A stretch of 62,967 nt of DNA, filler included. It is 5 parts of 5 records of this genome, joined end to end, with 100 filler letters (N's around TTAATTAATTAA, not from the genome) between each part and the next. Parts side by side here need not be neighbours in the genome. Positions count along the whole stretch, not along the records: positions 1 to 15,412 come from DRR723986_7843; positions 15,513 to 26,196 come from DRR723986_7854; 3 more parts are not named here. The stretch is one strand, 5' to 3'. Made by a program: the position numbers and the translations under genes. Below the pieces are notes generated by a model, which saw only the letters and a list, made by a program, of their open reading frames with translations, searched no databases and was not told the origin of the DNA. Within the stretch, counting starts at the first letter, position 1, and the number at the start of each line of letters is the position of its first letter. Positions 10,511 through 19,177 of this stretch are shown here, one piece after another.

Positions 10511-10742
10511 GTGGGCTCCTCAGGAACGTGTTGCAGGTCTTGCGCGAATACCCGGAATGAGGCTGCAGCAGAGCACCGGGCTGCACGCGAGCGTTTGTGC
10601 GCATATCTATCAGGCTCGTGGAAGATATCCTCATGATTTTCGATGTTGCCCCGGGTTTGTCATAAAGTCTTCCCGTCCCGGCGCTAGGGGGAGGCCGCCC
10701 ATGACGTGATTGGCATGGGCTGCAGCCGCGAAGGAATGCCCC

Positions 10743-11198
10743 TTGTCGAAAACAACTGTTCTGTTCGTCTGTCCGGACAACAGCCTGCTGTCGCCCCTGG
10801 CCGAAGCCTATCTGAATTTTCGGGCAGGTGGTCTGATGCGGGCGTTCTCCGCAGGTGTGGCTCCTTCCCAGGAACTGAGCCGGCATGTGCACCGGATACT
10901 GTCGGCACGGGGCATTGATGCCAAAGGGCTTGCGCCCAAGCCGATCGACATTTTCCTGATGCCGCATGCTGAAATTCCCGACAGGGTCGTCTATCTCGCT
11001 GACCAGGCGCCGGTGGCCTTGCCGCCGCAGTGGAAGACCACGACATCGAGTCATTGGTGGAACATTGCCGCAAAACCGCCTTTTCCGGATGGTTTTGGTG
11101 CCTGCGCCACTTATTTCGAGAAGATTGCGGAGGCGATCGACAGGCTTGTGGAGCCGCCAAAAACAGCAGGCAAGGCCGTCTCGAACCGGGTTGCCTGA
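10743..11198 (+). CDS. ArsC/LMW-PTP fold protein with a degenerate active site
   Basis: VLFVC..NS..S..AEA, SAG and GL.PK segments; the CX5R arginine is missing; start uncertain (TTG). Confidence 0.8.
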   Translation: MSKTTVLFVCPDNSLLSPLAEAYLNFRAGGLMRAFSAGVAPSQELSRHVHRILSARGIDAKGLAPKPIDIFLMPHAEIPDRVVYLADQAPVALPPQWKTTTSSHWWNIAAKPPFPDGFGACATYFEKIAEAIDRLVEPPKTAGKAVSNRVA

Positions 11199-11298
11199 GC
11201 GATCAGAAAACGGTCGATTCTCAGGATTTTGGATTTTCGACAAATTGTGGGCTAAGAGTTGCTCCCATATTGGGACGAAGGTGAGGGATTGATTCGTC

Positions 11299-11820
11299 AT
11301 GATGCGCGCGGGAAAGTTTGTTTTGATCGTCGGCCTGGTGGTCCTGGCAGCTGGTTGCCAGAGATTGTCCGGAGGCCGGAATTATGCCGAACCGCTGCCG
11401 GCGACCCCGACGACACCCGTAGGCTCGGGACAGCTTACACCGCTTGATCCCAACGCGCCGGCCGGCGGTCTCAACGATCCGTCGGCTCAGCCGACCGACC
11501 TGGCCAGCAACCCGGTTGCAGCGCCTGCCGATGCCAAGGAAGTTGGCCGCACAGACCTTCTGGGTGGCTGGAAAATCACCTCCGCTGGCGACAACTGCAT
11601 GGCCTTCATGACGCTGACAACATGGTCTGGCGGCTACCGTGCAAATACCAGAGGTTGTGCTTCGCCTGTACTGTCCGGGATCTCTGCATGGGACCTGAGC
11701 GGCAATCAGGTGGTCCTGAAGGACGGCACCGGCCTGATCGTTGCGCAGCTTTACTCCAGCGCTTCCGGCCAGTTCAACGGTCAGACCTCTACCGGATCGC
11801 CGATCTCGCTGTACCGTTAA
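11299..11820 (+). CDS. Omp19/AprI-Inh family lipoprotein
   Basis: LAAGC lipobox, Pro-rich linker, GGW..C and GC..W beta-barrel pattern; usual position before zapE. Confidence 0.85.
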   Translation: MMRAGKFVLIVGLVVLAAGCQRLSGGRNYAEPLPATPTTPVGSGQLTPLDPNAPAGGLNDPSAQPTDLASNPVAAPADAKEVGRTDLLGGWKITSAGDNCMAFMTLTTWSGGYRANTRGCASPVLSGISAWDLSGNQVVLKDGTGLIVAQLYSSASGQFNGQTSTGSPISLYR

Positions 11821-11894
11821 GGCCCCTCCGTATTTATGCTGGACAGCTCGCGCTATAGGTGTATATTTGCATAGCTACCGGAAAGGCTGTGCAA

Positions 11895-12677
11895 ATGTCA
11901 AAATACGAACCACTGCGGGAACACTTGGCACGACTGGAAGATGTTGTCTGGGCGGCCAAGCTGAACGAAGTCGAAGATATCATAGGCTCGTCGCTGCCCA
12001 AGAGCGCCCGGGAACACCGGACCTGGTGGGCAAACTCCGGCGGCAGTCTCGTTCACCAGAACGCCTGGCTTGATGCCGGCTGGCGGGTAGAGCGAACCGA
12101 TCTCATGCGCGATGTCATCGTCTTCCGCCGGTTGCGCATCGGCGGAACCGTGGCCGGGGTGTCCGCCCGTATGGATCGGACCGCCAAGAATCCGCAGAAA
12201 ACCGCAGAAAAGCGGCTCACCAAGGAAATGGCGGCCCTTCGTCAGCCTGCAACCGTGACGTTGCGCTCCGAATGGACCACGCTTGGCGATGTCCAGCGCA
12301 CGCCCTGTTCCAATTCCATCATTCCGCAGGAAGGCGGCGTTGTGCGCTTCGCGGCCATGGAAGGCGACGAAGTCGTCACTGCCATCGTCGCAACCTTGTC
12401 GGTTCACAAGGCCTATCGCAGCCTGCGCATGGCGATGAAGGGTCTGGACGACGATACCGGCAGCCGTGTCGGTACAGAGCTGTTCAAGAAGGCCGGTTTC
12501 GATGCCGCCGCACCGATCGAATGCGATGTGGTCAAGTCCGGCAATGCCTGGCTGCTGACCGACGGTCGTGGCCGCAAGGCCAATCTGGACGACCAGTCCG
12601 AGTGTTATCTGGTTGCCCAGCTGCTCTATCTTCAGGAAGTCCAGAACGGTCGCAAGACGGCCCTTTACCTGCGCTAA
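11895..12677 (+). CDS. Hypothetical protein: DUF7662-like N-terminal domain plus a possible degenerate GIY-YIG-like domain
   Basis: SKYEPL..HL, LPKSA, WWAN and AWLDAGW N-terminal pattern; the C-terminal assignment is inference. Confidence 0.65.
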   Translation: MSKYEPLREHLARLEDVVWAAKLNEVEDIIGSSLPKSAREHRTWWANSGGSLVHQNAWLDAGWRVERTDLMRDVIVFRRLRIGGTVAGVSARMDRTAKNPQKTAEKRLTKEMAALRQPATVTLRSEWTTLGDVQRTPCSNSIIPQEGGVVRFAAMEGDEVVTAIVATLSVHKAYRSLRMAMKGLDDDTGSRVGTELFKKAGFDAAAPIECDVVKSGNAWLLTDGRGRKANLDDQSECYLVAQLLYLQEVQNGRKTALYLR

Positions 12678-12762
12678 GCGTTGTCTGAGTGCTTTTGCGC
12701 TCAGCCGGGCACAGGCATGATGGCCGGGTCCAGTCAGGCCGAGCCGTTTGGGCGTTCATGAT

Positions 12763-12838
12763 TGCGTTCCTCCCGCACAGGACCCCTCCCTGTGCCCTGC
12801 GCCCGTAACCCTCCCACCGGTTGCGGGCGCTGTTTGTT
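12763..12838 (+). ncRNA. Candidate small RNA with C-rich (CCUCCC) hairpin loops, cuckoo/AbcR-like
   Basis: Three CCTCCC motifs in hairpin loops; the last stem is followed by TGTTTGTT. Confidence 0.5.
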
Positions 12839-12979
12839 CAGAGGGCGTGCTGCGTTCCTGTTTCGAGTTCACCAAGGTTTGGCCTGTGCTTCTCTGCCCC
12901 TAATCAGTGAATTGCGAACCGGACTGCTGGGTGCAGTGTTCCGTTAAGGGGGGCAGTGATGGCGGCGCCGGAAGGAGCG

Positions 12980-13537
12980 TCATCGCTGGATCAGTCGCAT
13001 ACCTTCCCCCGAGAGCACGCCTTCGATGAAAGATGTCTTGCCGGAATTGTATGTTTCCCAGTCGGGGGGCGAACCGGCCTTGAGGGCAAGGTCCCGTTTC
13101 AACACGGCATAGCGCCCGGCAAGGCTGGCATCGCCGCGCAAGGCGTCGCGAAATTGGCGCCGCTGCGCAGGTGAGGGGCAATCGGATGCACACAGACACA
13201 GCCGATGCGCGATAATCAGCTCGTGATTTTCCCTCTCCTTCCACTGGAGGACTGGTCCGGCTGGCCGGGTCGTTTGCACTTCGTCTTCCCGAAAGCGGGC
13301 GCCGAGATCATGGTAGCCATACAGCAGGAGATCGTTGCTGAGTGCAGCCGGTGAAAATCCGGGAGCCAGCGTTACATCGATATGAAGTTTGGTTTTGGCA
13401 ATCAGCCCAGGGACGGCCGTGGACCCGACATGGTCCAGGCGCAGGGCCCTTGCTCCCAGAAGATGTCCGAGGTCGTCGATCAGCAGGTCAGCCTGGCGAA
13501 ACCAGTCCGGATTATGTGGGAGCAACGGAATGGACAT
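12980..13537 (-). CDS. GrpB family nucleotidyltransferase-like protein
   Basis: HVGSTAVPGL.AK, FRDALR, Y..LK and Y..GK..FI motifs. Confidence 0.85.
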   Translation of the reverse strand: MSIPLLPHNPDWFRQADLLIDDLGHLLGARALRLDHVGSTAVPGLIAKTKLHIDVTLAPGFSPAALSNDLLLYGYHDLGARFREDEVQTTRPAGPVLQWKERENHELIIAHRLCLCASDCPSPAQRRQFRDALRGDASLAGRYAVLKRDLALKAGSPPDWETYNSGKTSFIEGVLSGEGMRLIQR

Positions 13538-13709
13538 GAGGTCTGAAATCCTTAAATTTCAAACGGTTGAAAAACAAATCCGTAAGAATGTGTGATCGTA
13601 TGCAACCATATCATGACTTGCATCTGCGACGTTTTGACCTTATTCCGCCGTGCAAATAGATACGTCCAAGACCCCATGAATTCTCATGGAGGGAGCAGCA
13701 CCCTTGAAG

Positions 13710-14867
13710 ATGGAACTGCCGGTCAACCGCGCCCTGAGCGCCCGCTACGACGCGCTCATCGCGTCGGGTGAGATCAAGGAAGACCCCGTGCAACGGGAGG
13801 CGGTGCGCCAGCTCGATCTCCTGAACACCCGTCTTGCCGAAACCCGCCTGGCCTCCAAGAAGAGTTCACTTGGCTGGCTGTTCGCCAACAAGAAGAACCA
13901 GCTCTGGGCCTCCGTACAGGGGCTGTACATGTGGGGCGGTGTTGGGCGCGGCAAGACGATGCTGATGGACCTCTTTTACGAGGTCACGGTCATCCGCCGC
14001 AAAAGGCGTGTGCATTTCCACGAATTCATGACCGATGTGCACGAGCGCATCCATGCCCACCGCCAGGCGCACAAGCGCGGCGAGGTCAAGGGTGACGATC
14101 CGATCCCGCCCGTGGCGAGCCAGATTGCCGAAGAAACGCGGCTGCTGCTGTTTGATGAGTTCTCGGTGACCGACATCGCCGATGCCATGATCCTCGGCCG
14201 CCTGTTCACCCAGCTTTTCGAGCGCGGTGTCATCGTTGTCGCCACGTCCAACGTCGAGCCGTCTCTCCTCTACAAGGATGGGCTCAACCGCCAGCTGTTC
14301 CTGCCCTTCATCAAGATGCTGACCTCCAAGGTGGAAGTGCTGCATCTGGATAGTCCGACGGATTACCGGCTGGAGAAGCTTGCTGGTGCGCCGGTCTATG
14401 TCACGCCTCTGGGGGAAAGTGCAAACGCCCAGATGGATGAGCTCTTTGCCAAGCTGACGCACGGCATGACACCGCATGCCGAAGAGCTGGAGAACAAGGG
14501 CCGCAAGATCGCCGTTCCCTGTGTCGCGGCCGGAGCGGCCCGGTTCACCTTCGACGACCTGTGCATGCAGCCGTTGGGGGCGAGTGATTATCTGCGCATC
14601 GCTCATGCCTTCGGCACGGTGTTTCTGGACAACGTGCCCGTGCTGTCCAAGGCGCGGCGCAACGAAGCCAAGCGCTTCATCAATCTGATCGATACGCTTT
14701 ACGATAACGGCATCAAGCTGGTGGTATCGGCTGAGGCCGAGCCGCAGGATCTTTACGTCGGCGAGGACGGCACGGAAGCCTTTGAATTCGACCGGACAGC
14801 CTCCCGGTTGATCGAGATGCGGTCCGAGGCGTACCTTGCGGGAGAAAGACGACAAGTACACGCATAG
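13710..14867 (+). CDS. zapE: Cell division ATPase ZapE (AFG1 family)
   Basis: GGVGRGKT, HFHEFM, FDEF, TSN and RFINLID motifs. Confidence 0.95.
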   Translation: MELPVNRALSARYDALIASGEIKEDPVQREAVRQLDLLNTRLAETRLASKKSSLGWLFANKKNQLWASVQGLYMWGGVGRGKTMLMDLFYEVTVIRRKRRVHFHEFMTDVHERIHAHRQAHKRGEVKGDDPIPPVASQIAEETRLLLFDEFSVTDIADAMILGRLFTQLFERGVIVVATSNVEPSLLYKDGLNRQLFLPFIKMLTSKVEVLHLDSPTDYRLEKLAGAPVYVTPLGESANAQMDELFAKLTHGMTPHAEELENKGRKIAVPCVAAGAARFTFDDLCMQPLGASDYLRIAHAFGTVFLDNVPVLSKARRNEAKRFINLIDTLYDNGIKLVVSAEAEPQDLYVGEDGTEAFEFDRTASRLIEMRSEAYLAGERRQVHA

Positions 14868-15025
14868 GTCTGCATTCCCTATAGGTGAATTATGCAGACG
14901 GGAAGATCTGAGAAAATTTGTCCGGCATCGCGCAATATTCTTTTGGCGAGGTTGCGCGGGCGGATCAAAGGGAGTAGTGCCATCCTCAGTCATCAGAGGA
15001 TGGCATGGAGTTCCATCTTACGTAA

Positions 15026-15412
<387 letters not shown>

Positions 15413-15512
15413 NNNNNNNNNNNNNNNNNNNNNNNNNNNNNNNNNNNNNNNNNNNNTTAATTAATTAANNNNNNNNNNNNNNNNNNNNNNNNNNNNNNNN
15501 NNNNNNNNNNNN
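15413..15512. other. Artificial contig linker
   Basis: N-run, TTAATTAATTAA (stops in all frames), N-run. Confidence 0.99.
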
Positions 15513-15513
15513 T

Positions 15514-15681
15514 GCACTGGACGGCCTGCTGGCTGGTGGCATTCCTGGCGGTGACACAGGTCTGCCAATCCCGACAGATCCTACTGCACTGACAGATCTG
15601 CTGGGCGGCACCGGCTCACCACTGGGCTCACTGCCCGGTGCAGACGATCTGCCGACCATTCCAGGTCTGCCAACTGCATAA
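15514..15681 (+). CDS. C-terminal end of a Gly/Pro/Leu/Asp-rich protein (5' truncated)
   Basis: Reads ALDGLLAGGIPGGDTGLPIPTDPTALTDLLGGTGSPLGSLPGADDLPTIPGLPTA*, followed by a terminator. Confidence 0.7.
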   Translation, partial: ALDGLLAGGIPGGDTGLPIPTDPTALTDLLGGTGSPLGSLPGADDLPTIPGLPTA

Positions 15682-15698
15682 TCTGCATACTGGCCAAT

Positions 15699-15725
15699 AA
15701 AAACCCCTCTCCGGAGGGGTTTTTT
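15699..15725 (+). terminator. Intrinsic terminator
   Basis: AAAAACCCCTC/GAGGGGTTTTT hairpin. Confidence 0.9.
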
Positions 15726-15796
15726 ATTTGAATCCAAATCTTGGTTCAGCATAGTAAAACTAATAACTTTACTGACAATCCAACGGACATCAACTT

Positions 15797-16624
15797 ATGA
15801 GCACGGCACCTCAAATCGGCACCATCGCCTCAAAAACTGACAAGCTACTGGTTCAGCGCCAAGGCGAGCAACTCACCTTGCGTCAAGGCGATGCAATTTT
15901 GGCTGGTGATGTCATTCAGAACAAAGACCTGGTCGCCGTGGACATCGAACTTCCTGGGCAGGCTGCTGGCCAAGCCGACTCACTGGTGACCTTGGCGCCG
16001 GAATCAGCGGCTCAAATCGCCACAAGCTCCGGCGCTGAAGGCGGCGTGATAGAAGTAACCTCCTTAACCGAAGGCGTCGAACTTTTCGCGGTCAGTGAGG
16101 GTACGGATGGTGCTGTTTTGCTTGCCGATGCTGGCACAGGCTTTAGTGGACTGGTTGGTGCAGGCCTGCTTTCGGCGGGCACTGCAGGCGGCGTCAGCGG
16201 TATCGCCACTGCAATTGGCGGCGGCGTCGGTGTTGCTGCACTGGCCGCCTCTTCCGGGGATGATACCAACGTCCAAGGCTCTGCCTTTACCGATGTGCGA
16301 GTGGACAATGGCGACGAAACGACTGAGCCTGTCGACGACACTGAAAATCCCGACGAAAGCGAAAATCCCGACGACTCAGAGAATCCAGAAGATCCCGAAA
16401 ATCCGGAGGAACCGCAGGAGCCCACAGATCCTGTGGACGAGGGAACCACTGGCACACCTTTGGACGCCGTGCTTGACCCTTTGGCTGATGCACTTGGAGG
16501 CACACCCTTGGCCGTGATTTCGGACCCACTGTTTGACGCACTGGGATCTCTGCCTATCGGCTCAGCACCCAACCCTGCAGATTCATTGCCATTGGACGCC
16601 GTTACAGGCAACTTACCAGTGTGA
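15797..16624 (+). CDS. Acidic low-complexity protein with a retention-module-like N-terminus
   Basis: Beta-rich N-terminus (L.QGD.I..GDVI), Gly/Ala-rich segment, ENP repeats and a Leu/Pro/Asp tail. Confidence 0.7.
   Translation: MSTAPQIGTIASKTDKLLVQRQGEQLTLRQGDAILAGDVIQNKDLVAVDIELPGQAAGQADSLVTLAPESAAQIATSSGAEGGVIEVTSLTEGVELFAVSEGTDGAVLLADAGTGFSGLVGAGLLSAGTAGGVSGIATAIGGGVGVAALAASSGDDTNVQGSAFTDVRVDNGDETTEPVDDTENPDESENPDDSENPEDPENPEEPQEPTDPVDEGTTGTPLDAVLDPLADALGGTPLAVISDPLFDALGSLPIGSAPNPADSLPLDAVTGNLPV
16343..16432 (+). repeat. Coding 18-bp tandem repeat, about 5 units (ENPDES ENPDDS ENPEDP ENPEEP QEPTDP)
   Basis: GAAAATCCCGACGA-type units at 16343, 16361, 16379, 16397 and 16415. Confidence 0.85.
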
Positions 16625-16642
16625 TTGAGAGTTTCCGACATC

Positions 16643-16670
16643 AAAAAAGGCCACCGAGGGTGGCCTTTTC
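16643..16670. terminator. Bidirectional intrinsic terminator
   Basis: AAAAGGCCACC-GAG-GGTGGCCTTTT between convergent genes. Confidence 0.9.
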
Positions 16671-16708
16671 TTATTCAATCCAAGTGAATCACTTACGACT
16701 TGCGCCAA

Positions 16709-17782
16709 TCACTCGAATTTGTCATAGCGAATGTTCTCAGCCTTCACGCCCAAGTTTGAAAACTTCGCGATCGCAGCATCAATCATCGCGGGGGGTCCAC
16801 ACAGGTAAGCCTGTACCTGCGGCCAATCCAATTCAAGCTTGTCAAGTTCGTCTGTGACATAACCACGCGCACCGTTCCAGCTTGAATTGGCCGGCTCCTC
16901 TGACAACACCTGCTTGAAGTTCAGTGAACCTCGCCAGCCCTGCTGAATTCGACTGATCTCTTCACTGGCATAAAGATCGCGTTGAGTACGTGCACCAAAC
17001 AGATAAACCGCGTCGCGCGTTTCACCCGCCCACTTGGCCTGTTCCAGCAAGCTCAAAATAGGCGCCATACCACTGCCGCCCGCCACACACACAATCGGTG
17101 CAGGCTTTTCACCCTGCGCCGGGCGCAAGTAGAAATCACCAAACGGCCCGCTCATGCTCAGCCGGGTTTCCTGTCTGTTGGCCGCAAACAACCATTCAGT
17201 GAACTTGCCACCTGGCACCTTGCGAACATGAAAAACCAGTTCATTGGCTTCCTGACCTTTCGGCGCCATTGCAAAACTGTAGTTACGTGACAAGCTGAAT
17301 TCTTCAAGTCGAATTTCTGCATACTGCCCTGCCTTGAAGGGCATGGGGTCATCCAGCGCAACCCGCAATTCCACAATGTCATGGGTCAGGTCTTTTTGGC
17401 CAACAATCGTTCCGCGAGTCTCAACCAAACGATCACCGCCCGAGGTCAACTCCACTTCGATTTCGAGGTCAGTTTCTGGAATTGACTGACATGCCAGAAT
17501 CATTCCGGCCTTCAAATCCTCAGCACTCAATACGTAACTGGAATCGGTCAATTCGCGCACCTTGCCGCTTTTCAGTTTGCACTTGCATTGGGTGCAACTA
17601 CCCACTCTGCAATTGTGGGGAAACCCCAAACCAGCGGACAAGGCCGAATTCAAGATGACTTTGCGGCCTTTTTCCACCTCAAAGCTTTGGCCCCCAGGCG
17701 CAACACTCACCTTGTGGGTCACTTTGCCTTTCTTGCCCGCCGCTACACCGCCCTGCAATCCGAACCATTCAAGCAATTTCAT
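16709..17782 (-). CDS. 2Fe-2S ferredoxin/FAD-NAD reductase (XylA-like monooxygenase reductase)
   Basis: CRVGSCTQC...LAC plant-type ferredoxin; RNYS, GGSGMAP and YLCGPP motifs. Confidence 0.93.
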   Translation of the reverse strand: MKLLEWFGLQGGVAAGKKGKVTHKVSVAPGGQSFEVEKGRKVILNSALSAGLGFPHNCRVGSCTQCKCKLKSGKVRELTDSSYVLSAEDLKAGMILACQSIPETDLEIEVELTSGGDRLVETRGTIVGQKDLTHDIVELRVALDDPMPFKAGQYAEIRLEEFSLSRNYSFAMAPKGQEANELVFHVRKVPGGKFTEWLFAANRQETRLSMSGPFGDFYLRPAQGEKPAPIVCVAGGSGMAPILSLLEQAKWAGETRDAVYLFGARTQRDLYASEEISRIQQGWRGSLNFKQVLSEEPANSSWNGARGYVTDELDKLELDWPQVQAYLCGPPAMIDAAIAKFSNLGVKAENIRYDKFE

Positions 17783-17794
17783 GATTCCCTCCTT

Positions 17795-18997
17795 TTACGC
17801 AGCAGCGCGATTCAATTGTTGGCTGGCCTGTTGCGCCAGCTGGGCCGATTTCAAGCCTTTCATTCCGCTTTTCACACTGGCCTCAATCGCCAGTTTTTTC
17901 TCTTCCGGCGTGGCGAATGTTTCATCCCAGTGATTCAACAAAGGTGTCATCACCTTCTTGTAAAGCGGCGGCACCAAGGCCAACAAAATGGTACCCAGAT
18001 AGCCAGTGGGCAGCATGGGCGCGTGACGGTAGCTTCGCAGGTTCCAATACTCCTGGTCGGCCTCGGCATGGTGGTGCGAATGGCGAGTCAGCGCGTACAG
18101 CAGGGCAGTCGACACTGAAGCGTTGGTGTTCCAGCTGTGGCGAGGTTCCACCTTGTCTTCCGGACGACGAACAATCCCGTAATGCTCCATGTAATTCACG
18201 ATTTCAAGCAATGTTTTACCACCCGCGCTCATGATCCAGAACATCACCACCCCAGCCCATCCACCGATGTAGTACGAGGCAGCAAACAAGCTCAAGCTCA
18301 TCAAATTGCCACGCATCATGCGGCTGTAAATCGGGTTCCAGACTGACTGGTTGAACTTGGCCAAACGCTGCTTCTCCAGCTTCCAGGCCGACTTGTATCC
18401 ACCAATCGTGCTTTTCAACACAAAGCCATACACATTCTCACCGCGCTGCGCGGTGGCAGGGTCAGCCGGCGTACCCAAATTCTTGTGGTGTCCGTACACA
18501 TGCTCAATCGCAAAAGATGCGTCGCAAGTGAACGCCAGCATCCAGCGACCCAGAATCATGTCGCGCATGCTGTAGGTGCGATGGGTCAGCTCATGGCCGA
18601 CATTCGTGCCACCGGCACCGAACAGGAATGCACCCGCCACCGCACCCACAAACCATTGGTACCAAGTAGTGTCTGCCTGCAACTGCACGCGGTCATAGCC
18701 AAATGTGTTTTTCATGAATGCATCGATGCCCAGCACATCGACCGGCGCCACAGCCCAGGTAAAGCAAAGTGTTACCCACATCAAGATCGGCAAGGTCAAC
18801 CACAACATCAGGTTCAGAAAAAACTCGCCTTCCATCCTAGGCTCACTGCGATCATCTGGAAGCAGAATATCGCCCAAAGCCACAACAAGCACCAAAGCGG
18901 CGATGCCGGTGTACATCCAAGGACCGCCCTGCATCATGGCATGCATCACGCCAATCGCAATCAGCGGAAAAGTGGTGAATTTGAGGTAGTGCAACAT
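17795..18997 (-). CDS. alkB: Membrane di-iron alkane 1-monooxygenase (AlkB family)
   Basis: HELTH, EHVYGHH, NYMEHYG and RHSHHH motifs; GGGAGA RBS before the ATG at 18997. Confidence 0.88.
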   Translation of the reverse strand: MLHYLKFTTFPLIAIGVMHAMMQGGPWMYTGIAALVLVVALGDILLPDDRSEPRMEGEFFLNLMLWLTLPILMWVTLCFTWAVAPVDVLGIDAFMKNTFGYDRVQLQADTTWYQWFVGAVAGAFLFGAGGTNVGHELTHRTYSMRDMILGRWMLAFTCDASFAIEHVYGHHKNLGTPADPATAQRGENVYGFVLKSTIGGYKSAWKLEKQRLAKFNQSVWNPIYSRMMRGNLMSLSLFAASYYIGGWAGVVMFWIMSAGGKTLLEIVNYMEHYGIVRRPEDKVEPRHSWNTNASVSTALLYALTRHSHHHAEADQEYWNLRSYRHAPMLPTGYLGTILLALVPPLYKKVMTPLLNHWDETFATPEEKKLAIEASVKSGMKGLKSAQLAQQASQQLNRAAA

Positions 18998-19065
18998 AGG
19001 TGGTCTCCCGTCATGAATGCCCAATAGTTGTTTTTGGAAGGGCAAGTTCTATCCCGATGAAAATC

Positions 19066-19085
19066 ATGTTAACGATTGTAAACAT
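19066..19085. promoter_or_regulatory. Palindromic operator candidate between alkB and the TetR gene
   Basis: ATGTTAACGATTGTAAACAT, 8 of 10 pairs symmetric. Confidence 0.6.
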
Positions 19086-19177
19086 ACTCGTCAATACCCA
19101 TCCCCCTAAAATTGGATAAAACTTCAAAATCAAGGATTCATAACAGATGTTCGGGTTTTCGCTATAATCGATGGCTT

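Noticed and set aside
15457-15468. TTAATTAATTAA palindromes here and in the other three gaps
   Set aside because: Artificial linker embedded in N-runs.
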